Both the position numbers and the translations under genes were made by a program. The notes under the pieces were generated by a model. The model searched no databases. It saw only the letters and a list, made by a program, of their open reading frames with translations, and was not told the DNA's origin. Shown here one piece after another: positions 23,838 to 38,125 of a stretch of 64,000 nt of DNA; position 1 is the stretch's first letter, and each line of letters begins with the position of its first letter. This DNA comes from Geosiphon pyriformis uo1 (taxonomy: Eukaryota > Fungi > Glomeromycota): the NCBI GenBank assembly GCA_016748015.1, contig JAAOMT010000664.1, forward strand, positions 1,549,892 to 1,613,891, written 5' to 3'.

Positions 23838-26286
23838 TAACCAGTTTTATTTGGAAAGTTGCTATGTACAATATTAAAGATATAAATAACTTTACTAAAT
23901 AAAATAATGTTGTTTATTAACTTAAAAATATAAACAATTTAATTTTTATTGTTACTGAAACAAAGTTAAAAGATAAGGTTTGTCTATAAATTATTAACAA
24001 ATTTGATGGTATTTGGATATTCACTTCTGGTTTGGAACTTTGGTTATTTGGATTTTAATATTGTGATTATTATAAATATTGTTCTAATAAAACATATATG
24101 CAAAATTTTTGAGATTGTTAATCAGTTTTTATTTGTCAAGCTGCTTTTTAAAAATAAGCTATCTGTGTTAATTTTGGTACTTTATGCTAGTGCTGTTCTA
24201 ACAATATGCTTGACTTAAGTTAAAGAAATTAATTTATTAATTGCAAAAGCTATAAATAAATTTTTTTTTGTAATTTTAAGTGGTAATTTCAATAAAGATA
24301 ATTCTCATAAATATGCTAACTTTAAGAAATACCTGAATTTAAAGCTGGTTAATTCTTTGGTGAAAAGCTTAATTGCAAAGGTTTCAATATAAAAGAATTT
24401 TAGAAATGTTAAAAAAACTATTAATTATGTATTTGTTTTTTTGAATCTAATTAATATGGTTATAGAGTGTAAAATTCTGGATGTTGATAAGCACTTTAAC
24501 ATTAATTATTAAACTGTTTCTGTGTTTATAGATTTGGGTGGCTTGCTGAATGCACAGTTGATTGTTTTTCATAAACAAGTAAATAAAAATCATTGAAAAT
24601 TTGATTTTAAGAGTGTTAATAATACCAGATAAAACAGTTTTAAAGATGCTACTGAAACCAATATCACAATATTTTTTGATAAGTTTATTGTGACTAAAAA
24701 ATTCTCAGATCTAAATACAATTTAAAATGTTATTCATAAGATGTTTAAAAAAAAATAATTTAAGAATTTTGATAATATTTTTATTAAAATATTTTCCAGA
24801 TTTTATAAGTTAAAAATTTTGGTGTTAAAAATTATTAAGTCTTTATGCATAGAACTTAGTAATAAGTTTGCTTTTTTAATATGATGCTGAATGTCTTTAA
24901 ACAGTAATAAAACTTCAAGTTTTCAGATTTTGTTGGACTCTGGTATTAATTTAGACAGTATAAAATCTGTTTTATCTGGTATAAAAAAATTCTATCATAC
25001 TTTTAAACTTGCTGAATCAATAAAAAAAAAGGAATCAAGGATTAAATTTGCTATTAATAAGCATATAAAAAGCTTTGCTGTTAATAAGAGTTATATAATC
25101 AGAAATATATTAGAGTGTTTATTTCGAAAAATAATCTTAGATTACTTGGTTATTAATAATAAATTGGTTTTAAATCCTAGTAAAATTAAATCTAAAGTTG
25201 ATATAATAATAAAAGACTGAACAAAAAAAAAGCAGTGTTGAACAATATTTTTGATTTGTAATATTATTAATATTTGCTATTGATTTATGTAAAAAATGAT
25301 GTTTTTTCTGGTATTATAAAGACTATTGCTTTTAAGAATATGTTATAAATAGTCAAAAACTTGTCTAATAAAAAGACTGCTAACTTGTTTGGCATTATTA
25401 ATGAGCTTTGGAAACACAATGGCTCTTTAGTTTTTATGATGCTTTTAAGTCTTTTAAACTTTTATTTGGAATGTGAATCTGTACTTTAATCTTAAAAAAA
25501 GACTTAGGTGTTAATAATTTTTAAATTTTATAAATAAAAGAGTATTTTGATTAATACTAAGCCAATTGCTTTAATTAAAACTGTTCAAAAGATTTTTTCC
25601 AAATACTTTTTAATAGGATTTTATCAACTTATAGAAAATTCAATGTTCTTTGTAATGATAATTTTTTTGTATTAAAGAGCATTACTACTTTGTCTTCTGT
25701 CTTTGTAGTAGATTCAATAATAAAGAATATATTAAAAAAAATCGTAAACTTTGGTTGGTCTTGCAAAATATGCAAAAAACCTATGATTTAATTGATTGGC
25801 TGTATTTAAAGAATAGTTTGATTTAGATAAAAATGTGTAAATAATTTATTTGGTTTTTTGGTAGTATTTACAATAATAAAATTAATTAGGTTATAACAAA
25901 CTATAAACTTATAAATAAATATTAGGTGCATAATAATTTGAACCAAAATGAAGTTTTTTTATTTTTGCTCTGAAAAATATTTTATGATCTTCTTTTGTGT
26001 GAAATCAAAAAACATAAGAGTTTGTATAATTATTATATTAATTTTAAATTTGTTGCTAAAACTAGCAAAATTGAGAACCAAGCTGGATTAATTTCTTACT
26101 TGACAGCTGGTGCTTTTGTTGATTACACAATTTAGATAAAAAATAGTCAGACTGCTACTCAATGTATTTTAGATATTGCTAGTGAGTTTTTTAATATTAA
26201 TAACATTTCAATTAACAATAAAAAAACAATGGCTATTTTTATTAATTAAAGAATCAGTAATGCTTTTTTGTTAATAAGTAGTATAC
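23837..26286 (+). pseudogene. LINE ORF2 5' part: AP endonuclease and reverse transcriptase
   Basis: WKVAMYNIKDIN, IVTETKL, ILSGNFN, PIALIKTVQKIFSK, IFYDLLL, AGAFVDYTI. Confidence 0.85.
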
Positions 26287-27283
26287 TGTTATCTAAGTAA
26301 AAAAACCAACTCAAAGTTATGTAGAAAACATGACCAAAACATAACAAAATAAAATAACACAGAATAATGTAAAAGAATACAGAATAATGTGTAATAACCT
26401 AGAATAACATAATACAAAACTTAATAATATGTTATAGCACAAAATAACTAGTTAAAACATAGAATAACTAGTAATAATGTAGAAAAATAAAACAATAACA
26501 GAAATAGTAAAGCAATAGCTAGCAAAAATAAAACAATTAAAAAAGCAATTCTGTAAAATTAAAAAAAATGTATAAAAATGAGTAGTTATAAAAGTTAGAT
26601 AGACAAGAATCAATTTTTTTTTTCCTTATAATTATTACATTTTATGAAAATAAAAAACTTAATTGAAAACTCAAAATTATCAATACATAGTTATCAATTA
26701 TTTCATGTTTCAATCAAACTAATTATTGTTTTATACTTTTGTTCCAAAACAGATGCTCTTAGCATAAATGTCTTAAATTTTTAATGATCTGGACCAATCA
26801 CTTTTGATTATAATAATTAATGATACTAATTTATTTATTTTTTTATTTTTTTTATTTTTATTTATTTTTATTTATTTTTATTTATTTTATTCTCTTTTGT
26901 AAAGTGACAATATAAGAAAATCAACTGTTTGGAAATAGACTTTGTAATAGTCTGGTAAAAAAAAAAGCTTTTTTTAGGTTTAGATATTAATATTATCTTG
27001 TCAGCTTACCAGAAGGAAAAAAAATACTACCAGATTCTAATGACTATGCTTGACTAGCTCAGAAAAAAAAGCTTATATTGACAAGTTACAACTCTATAAA
27101 ACTATAACTCTGTGTCTTATAACCAAAGAACTCTATGAGTAAATTCACCTCTAGTAAAAGACCTTCAAAGACTGATAAATCAAACACAACAAACAGATTT
27201 ATAAAAAATCTTCAAAGCTCCTTTTAATCTAAAGTCAGAGCACCAAACATTATTATCTTATTCTGCCAAGTTTACCCATAATA
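26287..27283 (+). repeat. 5' LTR of element C
   Basis: Direct repeat of 36132-37106, followed by PBS. Confidence 0.9.
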
Positions 27284-30149
27284 TTTGGTGCTTTCTGTAA
27301 GGTTATAAAATCCATAGAAACAAAGCACTCCAGAAATTCACAAAAGTAGTGACCATTAAGACAGTAAGAAAAGATCATTTATCATATGAAAAAGTTTTAT
27401 TTCGACACTTTAGGGAAGACTTAAGAATACTATCAAAAACTATTATCACAAAAAATAACTTTTGTTATTACTTATACACTAAAATTAACTGTTTATTAGG
27501 CTGAGCAATGAACACAAGAAAACTTGAAAAACAAATTCATCAAAAGTTATTAACATACTCAACAGAAACTATTACTTGAGCCATAACTGAGATTCTTTAT
27601 ATAATTGATAAAGAAATCAAAGAATACATGATACAATAGTATTTTTAAGTAAAAAAAAGACAAATAGCAAAGCCTGATTTTATAAAATTTGAGTCCGAAT
27701 CTAATAATACAACAGTTGCACAAGAGCAAATCTGACCTACAGTCAACAAAAAATCAAGATTTTTCTTATCAACTATTCCTTTATATCATTAAAATCCAGA
27801 AAGTAGAATCCTATTCAACCAACTCATAGAAACACAAATAAAAACTCTAAAAACTTCTAGAACTTTGTATCCCTGAGACCACAATAATAATTTTTGGACA
27901 AAATCTCTAAAAAAATATGAATTATTATTTAGAAATCTTACTTCAACTGTTAGCCAACCTGGTAAAAGCATATTCTTTTAAACATTACCAATAGCACAGT
28001 TTCTAATAGAGTTAGCAACCATTTCTACAAAAAAAACAGCTATTTTGCCACCCATTGGCCCTAACAACAAAGGAAAACAATCAACATTAGCATTCAGAAA
28101 ACAATACAGTATACTGCCATCAAAATTTTTATTATTAACAAATAAACTATCTTCTATTACTTAGATAATGGCTTACCAAGATATCGCCAAACTAAAAAAA
28201 AATTTTAATGAAGAAAATAATATATATACTTGGATAGTAGAAGCTGAGAAAGCAATTATTGCCAACAATTGGAATGATATCAAAACTATTTAAGCACTGT
28301 CTTTTTTTTAACAGGAACTGCAGACTTTTGATACCAAAGTTTTGAAAAAAAACCAACTGACTTTGTTGCTTTTAAACTTGCTTTTTTACAGTATTTCTGT
28401 GATCCCAATATGCTCATTCAGCTACAAAATCAATTCAGCATAAGAAAACAAAAAGATCACAAAGCAGTAACTACTTATCTTGAATAGTTTAATTAAGTTC
28501 TTTAACAAATACTGGCAATTGAGAGAGATTACTATACTACAGTACAAGTTCTTAATTAATTTGTTAAGAGATTAAGGAGCAGCATCTTATGATCCATAAG
28601 ATTCTGTTATCTAACAAACCTACAAAATGCAGTCACTTTTGCTTGTGATTTCAAGTCAGCAAAGCAAAAAGCTAATTATACTTAAGCTATTAACTTGGCC
28701 ATCAATAGAATCTCAGATATTGATGCAAAGATTATCCAATTAAGTAAAAAATTAACTCAGAAAATTAAGAAATTTTTAATCAAAACTGCAGGAACCTATT
28801 AGCCATCTCAATAAAAAGACAATAACAACAACAGATACCAACAACAACAGAATCATTAACAACAACAATAACTGTAAAAATCAGATCTTTGTAATTGTTA
28901 CTACTATTAAAAACTCAAACATATTGTTTAGAACTGCCAAAAAAAGTTGGCAGATTAGAACAAGAGAAATTAACATCTACAACAACAGAGATATCTTCAA
29001 GTTCTAAGATTACAATATTCTGTACCTCAATATCAGCCACCACAGTACATACAACAAATCCCTTAAAATTACTATTAGCCATTCACAAAAGTGCTAATAA
29101 CACCTCAATACTAAGTGCTTACTTACAATCAATTCAGATCTCAAGCAATTAACTATAATCAAAAATGAAAAAATGCCAGCAGCAATTAAATGCAAACTAG
29201 CAGCAAATCATTCCAACCAATACAGTGCAATAATCTACTATTATAATTAACACAAACTGGATATCCTAATTAAGCATTGCATTTTAGTTTAATGAAAACT
29301 CCTAATTTTTGTAACACTACATCTTTAAAAGGAAAAAATATAGTTGAAATAATTAATCTTTCTACTTTGAATCAATATTAGATTATTAAGACAATCTCAC
29401 CAGCCATAATTACTGAAGATCATACTCTCACTACTATATTTTTGTTTGACATTAACAACTTAAATAATCTTAATCTTTTTAGTGGAGCTGCCATTAACCA
29501 AGACAAACTAATCATGGCAATATACACTAATGCTAAAGTAGAAAAAATAAACATTAAATTGATATTCAATAATAGATCTGCAAGTAGTATAATCATGAAA
29601 CAACTGATGAATTAATTAAGTTATCAAGTAGATCATGCAGCTACTGCTTGAATTATTACTACAGATAAAAATACAAAGACTTCAATAGAAGAAATCGACA
29701 ATTTTTTGTTTGAAATCAGCAAAATTCAAAGTGTTTGTCATAGAAACTACACAATATTAAGCTCTTATAAGAAATAATTGGCTAATAAAAGCTTACATTA
29801 TGCTCAACTAAAATACCCAGAAACTCCAAATCATTTTTAATAGACACTATATTAGAATATCTACTATCTGTAAATACTTCTGAATGACAATTCCAAAGCA
29901 ATTTTTAATCAAGTTTGAAGAACCTATTTTCCAGCCAACTTTGAAAACTTACCAAGTTTTTTGGACTAATGATTACAGAACAAAGCTACTACTACTGTCT
30001 ATTTAAGAAAAAAAAAGTAAAAGAAGGACTGAAAAAGAATCTCAAGTATCACTATCAATATATCTGGCACCAAACCAAAAAAATCAAGCCTATTAACCTT
30101 CGAAATTAATCTGCATTGATTGTAGAAAAAAGTTATTATTAATAAGTGC

Positions 30150-30943
30150 TATTACAGATGATTATTTGGGGTTTCAAAGTAAATAACAAATCCATAACTT
30201 GGTGCTCAGTTGATATAATGATGGGTTGGTTTCTGAAGATTTTGGTAATCTGAAGGTTTTGGTTGAGTACTTTGTATAATAGACAGAAATTTACTATAGT
30301 TGATTTTGGTTGATCTCTCAAGTTATTTTTCTAATTTCTGTTTTCAATGTAGTGGCCAGTTTATTCTGACAGTTATGCCCTTCTGGTAAGCTATCCATTA
30401 ATCTATAAATCTTATACTCTTATATCTGGGTCTTTTACCAAGCTATCCATAATGTTGATAACTCAGCACTTTTACTCTTTAATCAATTAGTCAATAACAA
30501 GAAATAACAAAGCAAAAATAAAATAAAATAAAATAAAATAAAATAAAAGAAAAGATAAAAAAATAAGCCAAGGCAATAAGTATTAATATTCCATCAATAG
30601 CCGTGATCAAAAGCTATTGTTCTAGTGTGTTTAAGTATCAATTACTATCAACATAAAGTGTTAATAGTGGAGTGGATTTGAAATAGTGAATAATTATTTA
30701 TTGAGAGTTTGTAATGTGGAAGGTTGCTTAGATTAAATCTAAATTAAAAGATCTGTTTTTTTTTTTCTAATGCTACCACTATATATACATAATTAATATT
30801 CTATAAAATTGCTCACATTTCTGAGCAATGTGCTATGCTTTCTGACATTGCTCCATATTGTTGAGCAATATGTTTATGTGCTAACTACTACTCTCTTATT
30901 GGTCCACTATTTTCTATATCTGTTTTCTTTTTTATAAGTAATA
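30150..30943 (-). mobile_element. Solo LTR (~794 bp) of a further related family inserted in element C
   Basis: Ends TATTAC...GTAATA (decayed TGTTAC...GTAACA); flanks GTGC/GTGT; removal restores 'CIDCRKKLLLISA|YIKDNK...YYC'; orientation inferred from the A-rich tract. Confidence 0.8.
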
Positions 30944-33916
30944 GTGTCTATATTAAAGATAATAAAATATAACCAACAGCAACCAAGTATTACTGCTGAC
31001 TTTGTGTATTAGAATAATATGAATGATCTAAATAACAAAGCAAATAGAACAACATATCATATCTTGTATATGGCAAAATTTTATTAGATAAAAAATTGTG
31101 AAATAATGTTTTAGGCAAAGGAAGAACATGTGATAAATCTTGTCAGTACATCATTCTAATAAATAACTGGACCAGAAAAGACACCCTGTTCACCACAGTA
31201 TATAGTTAAGCAATAAATTGACTAAACTCATACCTTTATGATAAAAAGAAAATTTGAACAATAGCAATAACCAAGTGGAAAGAAGCCACTATTGAAGAAA
31301 TATGTATCATAAAAAATGCTCTATTAACAATTAAAGAAATAGACAACATATTTATGGATAATTTTAAAGCATTTTAAGACCAGTACCAAGAACTGGCCCC
31401 AATTCAAGAAAAACAGAAACAAAAATTAGCAGATCTCAATATAAAACTGTGTAATTACTGCTTAATTTCTTGTTATTTTTAATATTGTAACAAGTATAAT
31501 CTCTTATTTAATCTACTTTCAAGAACACTATATTCTATCTTCAAACTATTAGAACCAAAAGAAGAATATAAGTTTGATGCTAAAGACATATTGTTTCAAA
31601 AGCCAAGTAATACTACTGAAATTAAATAGTATCTTATCTACCTTAACTTTTCCAAGAAATTAGAGTTGAAATAATATAGTAATAACAATAAAGAAATCTG
31701 TTCTGAAAAAACACACAAAAATGATGCTAAATTTGACTTAAGATACCTTGAACAATCTCTTATAGCTATAGTTTTATACTTTCTTGTAAAAATAGATCTT
31801 AAAATAGATCTTAAAATTTTTGTCTGTACTATAGTACAGATTGTCTTATAATTAAGTCTTGCAAAAAAGGGAATCAACATAAAAAAAAAATAATTAATGC
31901 TAAATATACAGAAAACATTATCATTATATTACAAAACAATTCTAATAAACCTTATACAATTAAATTACAAAAAAAGATTGCTTAAGCTATTTTCTTACTC
32001 CTTGTAAAAATACCACAATTAACCTCAGTTACATTGTGCAAAAAGTTAGATTTTATTGCTAGAAGTATTAATAGGTTTAAATCAAGTAGAAAAAAAAATG
32101 TACCAATTAATTTTATAGAAAAAAAAAGTAACAAAGTAGAATTTATCTACACTAACACAGTTATTTCTATTCTCCCATATTGACAGCATATTTTCAAAGT
32201 GAATTAAAAGATTTAGAACCAAGCTTTATTATTTAAAGCTGACTTGGAAATCTGTTGCCTAACTGATGTTGCTAACCTATATATCCTTGTTAAGACTCAC
32301 AAACATTTCAAAATCTTTATTTGAAGATATTATCAAAATTCTTGAAAGAATTTTTGTTGGCTCTGTTTCTTCTGAAATTCAGAATTCTAAAAAATCACAG
32401 CCTATTTTGGACTTTGCACAATTGTTTTTATTTTGTAATATTACTTTACAAATATAGAATCTGCCAAAAAAAAGTTATTTGTTTATACTGGAAAAAATCA
32501 ATAAATTAAATTTGAAAAACTTAAGCACTTTGCAGCAAATGCAACTTAAAATTTTGTTAAATTAATACACTAATATTTTTGCCTGCAAAAATAAATTCAG
32601 ATATACAGATATCATAAAACATCAGATTGATATGGAAAATGTCTGTTTTATTAAACAACAGACCTATTAAGTAACTTTAGTAAGCAATAACCTGATTAAA
32701 CAGAAAGTACAATAAATGCTAAATAATAAGTTAATCAAAAAATTGTTAAGTTTTTGGTCTTTTTCAGTCATATTAGTCATCAAGAAAAATAGAAAAATAT
32801 GGTTCTGCATAGACTATCAAAAGTTAAATAGTATTATTTAAGAGGATAGCTATCCTATTCTTTTAATTCAAAAAATTCTGGATAATCTAGAAAAAAAGAA
32901 ATAGTTTTTATTATTAGACTTAGCCAGTAGATATTAACAAATGGAAATAGATTCCAAAAACAAAGAAAAAATAGTCTTTATCATATGAGATAGAAACTTT
33001 AAGTTTAACATAATATCCTTTGGACTGTGCAATACTCCTACCACTTTTCAATGTCTTATAGATATTGTGTACAAGAAAATTTTTTGAAAATCAGTCATAG
33101 TATATCTAAATAACACCAATGTATTTTCTGAAACATTTGATAACTACTTGCTTTATCTTTAACAAGTCTTTGACTACCTTCAGAATACTGAACTAAAACT
33201 CAATCCTGATAAATATTTCTTTAGAAAGACCAAACTTAAATTTTTGGAACATATAATAAACAAAAATAGAGTAAAACCCGACCCAAATAAAGTTCAAAAA
33301 GTTAAAAATTTCCCAGCCTTAATTAATTTGTGAGAATTATAAGGATTTTTAGAACTGGCAGGATATTACTGCTAGTTTGTCAAAGATTTCTTTGATATCA
33401 CCAAACCTTTTTACCACTTACTATCAAAACATGTTTTATATTTATAAAGAAAAAAACAGCAAGAAGCATTCAATTATCTCAAATAATATCTAATAATGAC
33501 ACTTATTTTGATCTATTCAGACTTTAATAAACATTTTATTATTGTGACAAATGTCTCAAAAAATGTGCTAGAAATTGTTTTGTCACAAATTGGACCAGAC
33601 AACAGAGAATATCCAATTGTCTATGTCAGTTGCAACATCAGCACAGTAGAAAAAATATATAGTACAACAGATTTAGAATATCTTATTATCTATTGGGCAA
33701 TACAAAATTGGAGACATTATCTTTGTCAACCATTTAACTTATACACTAATCATAAAGAACTTATTTAGTTATTTAGTAAACCACAACTAAAAGAAAAATA
33801 TATATAATAGAGTATTTATTTGCAACAATTCTTATACAAAGTTTATTATAAAGAAGGATTTAAGAACACTAATACTAACAGTTTGTTGAGAATGATGCAA
33901 ATCTAATCTTAAATTT

Positions 33917-35283
33917 ATAGATACAATCACTTATCAGCAATTACCCCAATATTTATTAATTTTTCAATTCAAAGAGCTATTATTTCAACAAAAACAAAGT
34001 GGTATATGGAAACAAGCTCATAATTACTTTATTCAGAACAATTAACTATACTATTGAGAACACCAAAACTACATTACCTCACAATAAGTTATAAAATACA
34101 ATGAAAAAGAAACTGTTTTGCATAGTATGTATTCTGACTCAACTGCAAAACATTTTAATAAAGACATTATTCTAGAGAAAACCACAAATCTATACTATTG
34201 GCCTATAATGTATAAAAATATTTTTGAATATGTTTTTAATTATAATTCATGTCAATAAAGAAGAGAAGCCAAAACAATGGAACCACTTTAACCTATTTTA
34301 GTTGGAAATTTATTTGATAGAATAGAAATTAATTTGGTTGGTCTTTTCTCAATTATATCTAAGAGAAATTGTTATATAGTTATAGCTGTAAACTATCTTA
34401 CCAAATGGCCAGAAGCTAGAGCAATTCAAGTAGTTAATGCTAAAACAGTAGTCAAGTTTGTACACCAAAATCTAATTTGCCATTATAAATGTCCAAAAAA
34501 ATTGTTATCTGACTAAGAAACACATTTCATCAATAGTATATTAACTGAACTAAGCCAATAGTTTGGAATAAAATAACTCTTATCGTTACTATATTACTTA
34601 TAAACAAATAAACTGATAGAACAATTTAACTGAATACTGTGTGAAGTATTAGCTAAAATAAGTTATAAAAATGCACAAAAATAAGACTTATTTATATCTT
34701 CTGTATTATTTGCATATCAAACATTAAAGCAAAATACTACCTAGTTCACACTATTTGAACTAGTTTATGGAAGAAAAGCTATCTTACTTATTAAATGAAA
34801 AATATCTTTTTTTCCAACAGAAACAATTACTAAGGAGAATTTTGAAACCACCTTATACTCAAGAATATACCAGCTTATAAAAACATTGGAAAACAATCAT
34901 AGAATAGCAGCTAATAATATTAGCAAAGTACAAGAACAACAAAAAAAAGACATAATAATTGCTTATCTGACCAACCAATCAAATTCAAGATTGGAGACCA
35001 AATACTATTACATTATACAAAGGTTAAAAAACAATGGGGTGGAAAGTTTAATCCAAAGTAGAATGGTTCATTTTACATATATGAAGTTTTAAGCAATAGA
35101 GCTTACAAATTAAGATTGAAAAACAGAATTTTAAAAAAAGTAGCACATAAAAATTAGTTAAAAATTTATTATACAAAACAAGAGATATTATTATCTATAT
35201 ATTAACTAGGAATACAAATTCCATTAATCAATCTAAATAATATACCATAAAATCTAGAACCAATTATCATTATTGAAACATAA
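33917..35283 (+). pseudogene. Integrase of element C (separate ORF)
   Basis: YIVIAVNYLTKWPEARAI, KLLSD*ETHF; begins 10 bp after the RNase H stop at 33904-33906. Confidence 0.85.
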
Positions 35284-35362
35284 TTGATATATAACTATTT
35301 AATTAGAAAATTTAAGTATATATAACAGCCAAAACAACAAAAAAAATGACAGAACTTTCAAC

Positions 35363-36120
35363 ATGGACCTTTCAAATCAAATCTTAATTCTATTAAAACA
35401 ACTGTTTGATACAATTCAACAATTCTCAGCCCAAATAGAAATTATAATTGATAGAAAAGAGATATAATACAGAGATAAGAACAAAAAAAAAGTGGATAAA
35501 AGTTCAACTAGAACTAAACAATTCCATTTTTATGAACAATCTTCTTCTCCAATGATCAAAAAAAAAAAGTAGAAGAAAGAACAAAAAAAAGAGAAAAAGA
35601 TACATCAGGCAAAGCTCAACACAATTAAGAAAAAAAAAAGTGACAGAAATAAATACATGTCAGACAAAGCTTAAAAATTTCAAGGAAGATTTGAGCAGAC
35701 AAATACTGGAACCAGTAACAGAAAAATAGACACCAAAAAACACCAAAGTATAAAAAAAAACTACTACTAGTCTACTGGTTCTATAAAATTGGTAAACAAC
35801 TAGAATTAAGTACACTATATGAAGACTACAACTGTCAAATCTTCAATAAAGAAGTTCTCAAACAAATAGAAGAATTTGTAAGAAGAAACAATTCAATATT
35901 ATACTACAAAGCAGTATACTACTTATATTCAGTATTCAAATACTGTTCAGTCATACTACTAGATAGTTTGTTAACAACTATTATAATTAACAACATAAAA
36001 CAAATAACAAATAAACAATTTGAAGATTTACAAAAAGCAATATTTAATGTTACAATTGAATATTATACAAAGAACACAGATTTTACAGATACATATGATT
36101 TTGCAGAAGCTCAATTCTAA
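35363..36120 (+). pseudogene. Third ORF of element C
   Basis: MDLSNQIL... then VYWFYKIGKQL...YYKAVYYLYSVFKYCSVIL...IEYY; aligns with ORF3 of A and D. Confidence 0.7.
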
Positions 36121-36131
36121 AAAAAAAAAAA

Positions 36132-37106
36132 TATTATCCAAGTAAAAAAACCAATTCAAAGTTATAGAGAAAACATAACCAAAAATGTAACAAAATAAAA
36201 TAATACAAAATAATACAAAAGAATACAGAATAATGCATAATAACTCAGGATAACATACAAAACTTAATAATATATTATAGTACAAAATAACTAGTTGAAA
36301 CATAGAATAACTAGTAATAATATAGAAAAATAAAGCAATAACAGAAATAGTAAAGCAATAGTTAACAAAAACAAAATAGTTAAAAAAGCAATTCTATAAA
36401 ACCAAAAAAATATATATAAAAACAAATAGTTGTAAAAGTTAGAAAAAAAACAGATAAAAAAGAATTAATTTTTCTCTTTCTTATAATTATTATATCTTAC
36501 AAAAATAAAAAACTTTATTAAAAACTCAAAATCATTAATACATGGTTATCAGTTATCCTATGCTTCAATCAAATTAATTATTGTTATATACTTTTGTTTA
36601 GGATAGATGCTCTTAACATAAATGTTTTGAATCCTTAATGATCTGGACCAATTGCTTTTGATTATAACAATTGATAATACTAATTATTTTTTTTATTTTT
36701 TTTTATTTTATTTTCTTTTGTAAAATGGCAATACAAAAAAATTAACTGTCTAAGAATAGACTTCATAATAGCCTGATAAAAGAGGGAAGCTCTTTTTAGA
36801 TTTGGATATTAATATTATCTTATCAACTTATCAAAAAGACAAAAAGACATTGCCAGATCCTAGCAACTGCATTTAACTAGCTTGGAGAAAAAAGTTCATA
36901 TTAACAAATTGTAATCCTATAAAACTATAACTTTGTGCTTTATAATCAAAGAACTCTACAGGTAAATTTATTTCCAGTAAAAGACCTTCAAAAATTGATA
37001 AACCAAACACAATAGACAGACTTATAAAAAACTTTCAAAGCTTTTTTTAATCCAAAGTCAGAGCACCAAATGTTATTACTTTATTTCACCAAGTTTATCT
37101 GTAACC
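36132..37106 (+). repeat. 3' LTR of element C
   Basis: Direct repeat of 26287-27283; preceding PPT decayed to an A run. Confidence 0.9.
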
Positions 37107-38125
37107 ATGCTTATTTTTATTGCATAAAAAAGTAAGTCTTATAGATATTTAGGTATTTTTTTGTCTTTTAAAGATTTGTTCAAATCTAGTTTGGTAAAGG
37201 CTTATTCAAATGTCAGGTTTTTTGCTAATATGGTTTTAAGAAAAACAATTTTGAATAAACAGTTTTTTTATTTAATTTTAGCAATACTGTAACTTATTGT
37301 TAGTTATTAAATCCAGTTTAGTTTTGTTTTTCGAAATGTGTACAATAAATAAGATGCACTAATTAAGAAAAATTTGAAAACAAAAGCTGAATTGCCAAAA
37401 AATTTTCTCAATAAGGCTCTTTATCATTTATTTACAGTTTGAAAATGTTTGAGCAAATATAAAAAAGAGTAAAATAACTTTTATTTTGAATTTTTTAAAT
37501 GCTAGTAATGTTTTTGGTCATTTGTTTAAGCATAAGTCTTTGAATTTGCAGATGCTAAGCTGGTTTCCTGATTATTTTCTTCAGAATTCTGTAAAGTTAA
37601 GAATCAGTCTGGTTAATAACTTTTAGGCTAATATGGTAAAATATTTTTTAAATTAGGATGTATTTTGTGTGATTAATTTGCATTTGGTATTTCATTTTTC
37701 TGGTAGTATTCTGATGTCCTTTATTTTGAAGAGCTCAGTTTTTTATAATGTTTTTTGTTTACTTAAGAAGTTTGATATCATATTTGTTAAATAGTTATAC
37801 AATAAAAAGATGTTAATTTTTGATTAGAAGTGTTTTTATTGTTGAAAAAAACTTGATCTTAAAAGCTCTGTATTTGTTTAGTTCAAGTTGATATGTAATT
37901 ATTTGATCAATATTATCTTTTATTTTTTTGAAAAGTCTTCTGTTAACAGCCATCTGCTTGTGAATATTATTGGTTTAAGTAAATTTTTATTAATTAAATG
38001 ATATCTTTATAATGTTAATTTGGATGTTATTAATATTTACACAGATAAATTTTTGAAAAACTTGGATATGCATAATATAAGATGTGATACTACTGTATTT
38101 TTTGCTAATTTGGGTTTAAACATAG

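Larger units (their letters stand above)
26287..37106 (+). mobile_element. Ty3/Gypsy element C (divergent sister family of A/B/D), decayed
   Basis: LTRs 26287-27283 and 36132-37106; TSD ATAC/ATGC; PBS TGGTGCTTTC at 27286; gag, PR, Cys clusters, dUTPase (~31660-32090), RT, RH, IN, ORF3. Confidence 0.92.
21900..38125 (+). mobile_element. Formerly full-length LINE (ORF1 plus APE-RT-RNase H ORF2), split by element C and cut off at element D
   Basis: ORF1 ~21954-23837; ORF2 from 23837 to 26286, resuming 37107-38125 ('LLISS[M]...IA.K.KSYRYLGIF' rejoined across C). Confidence 0.88.
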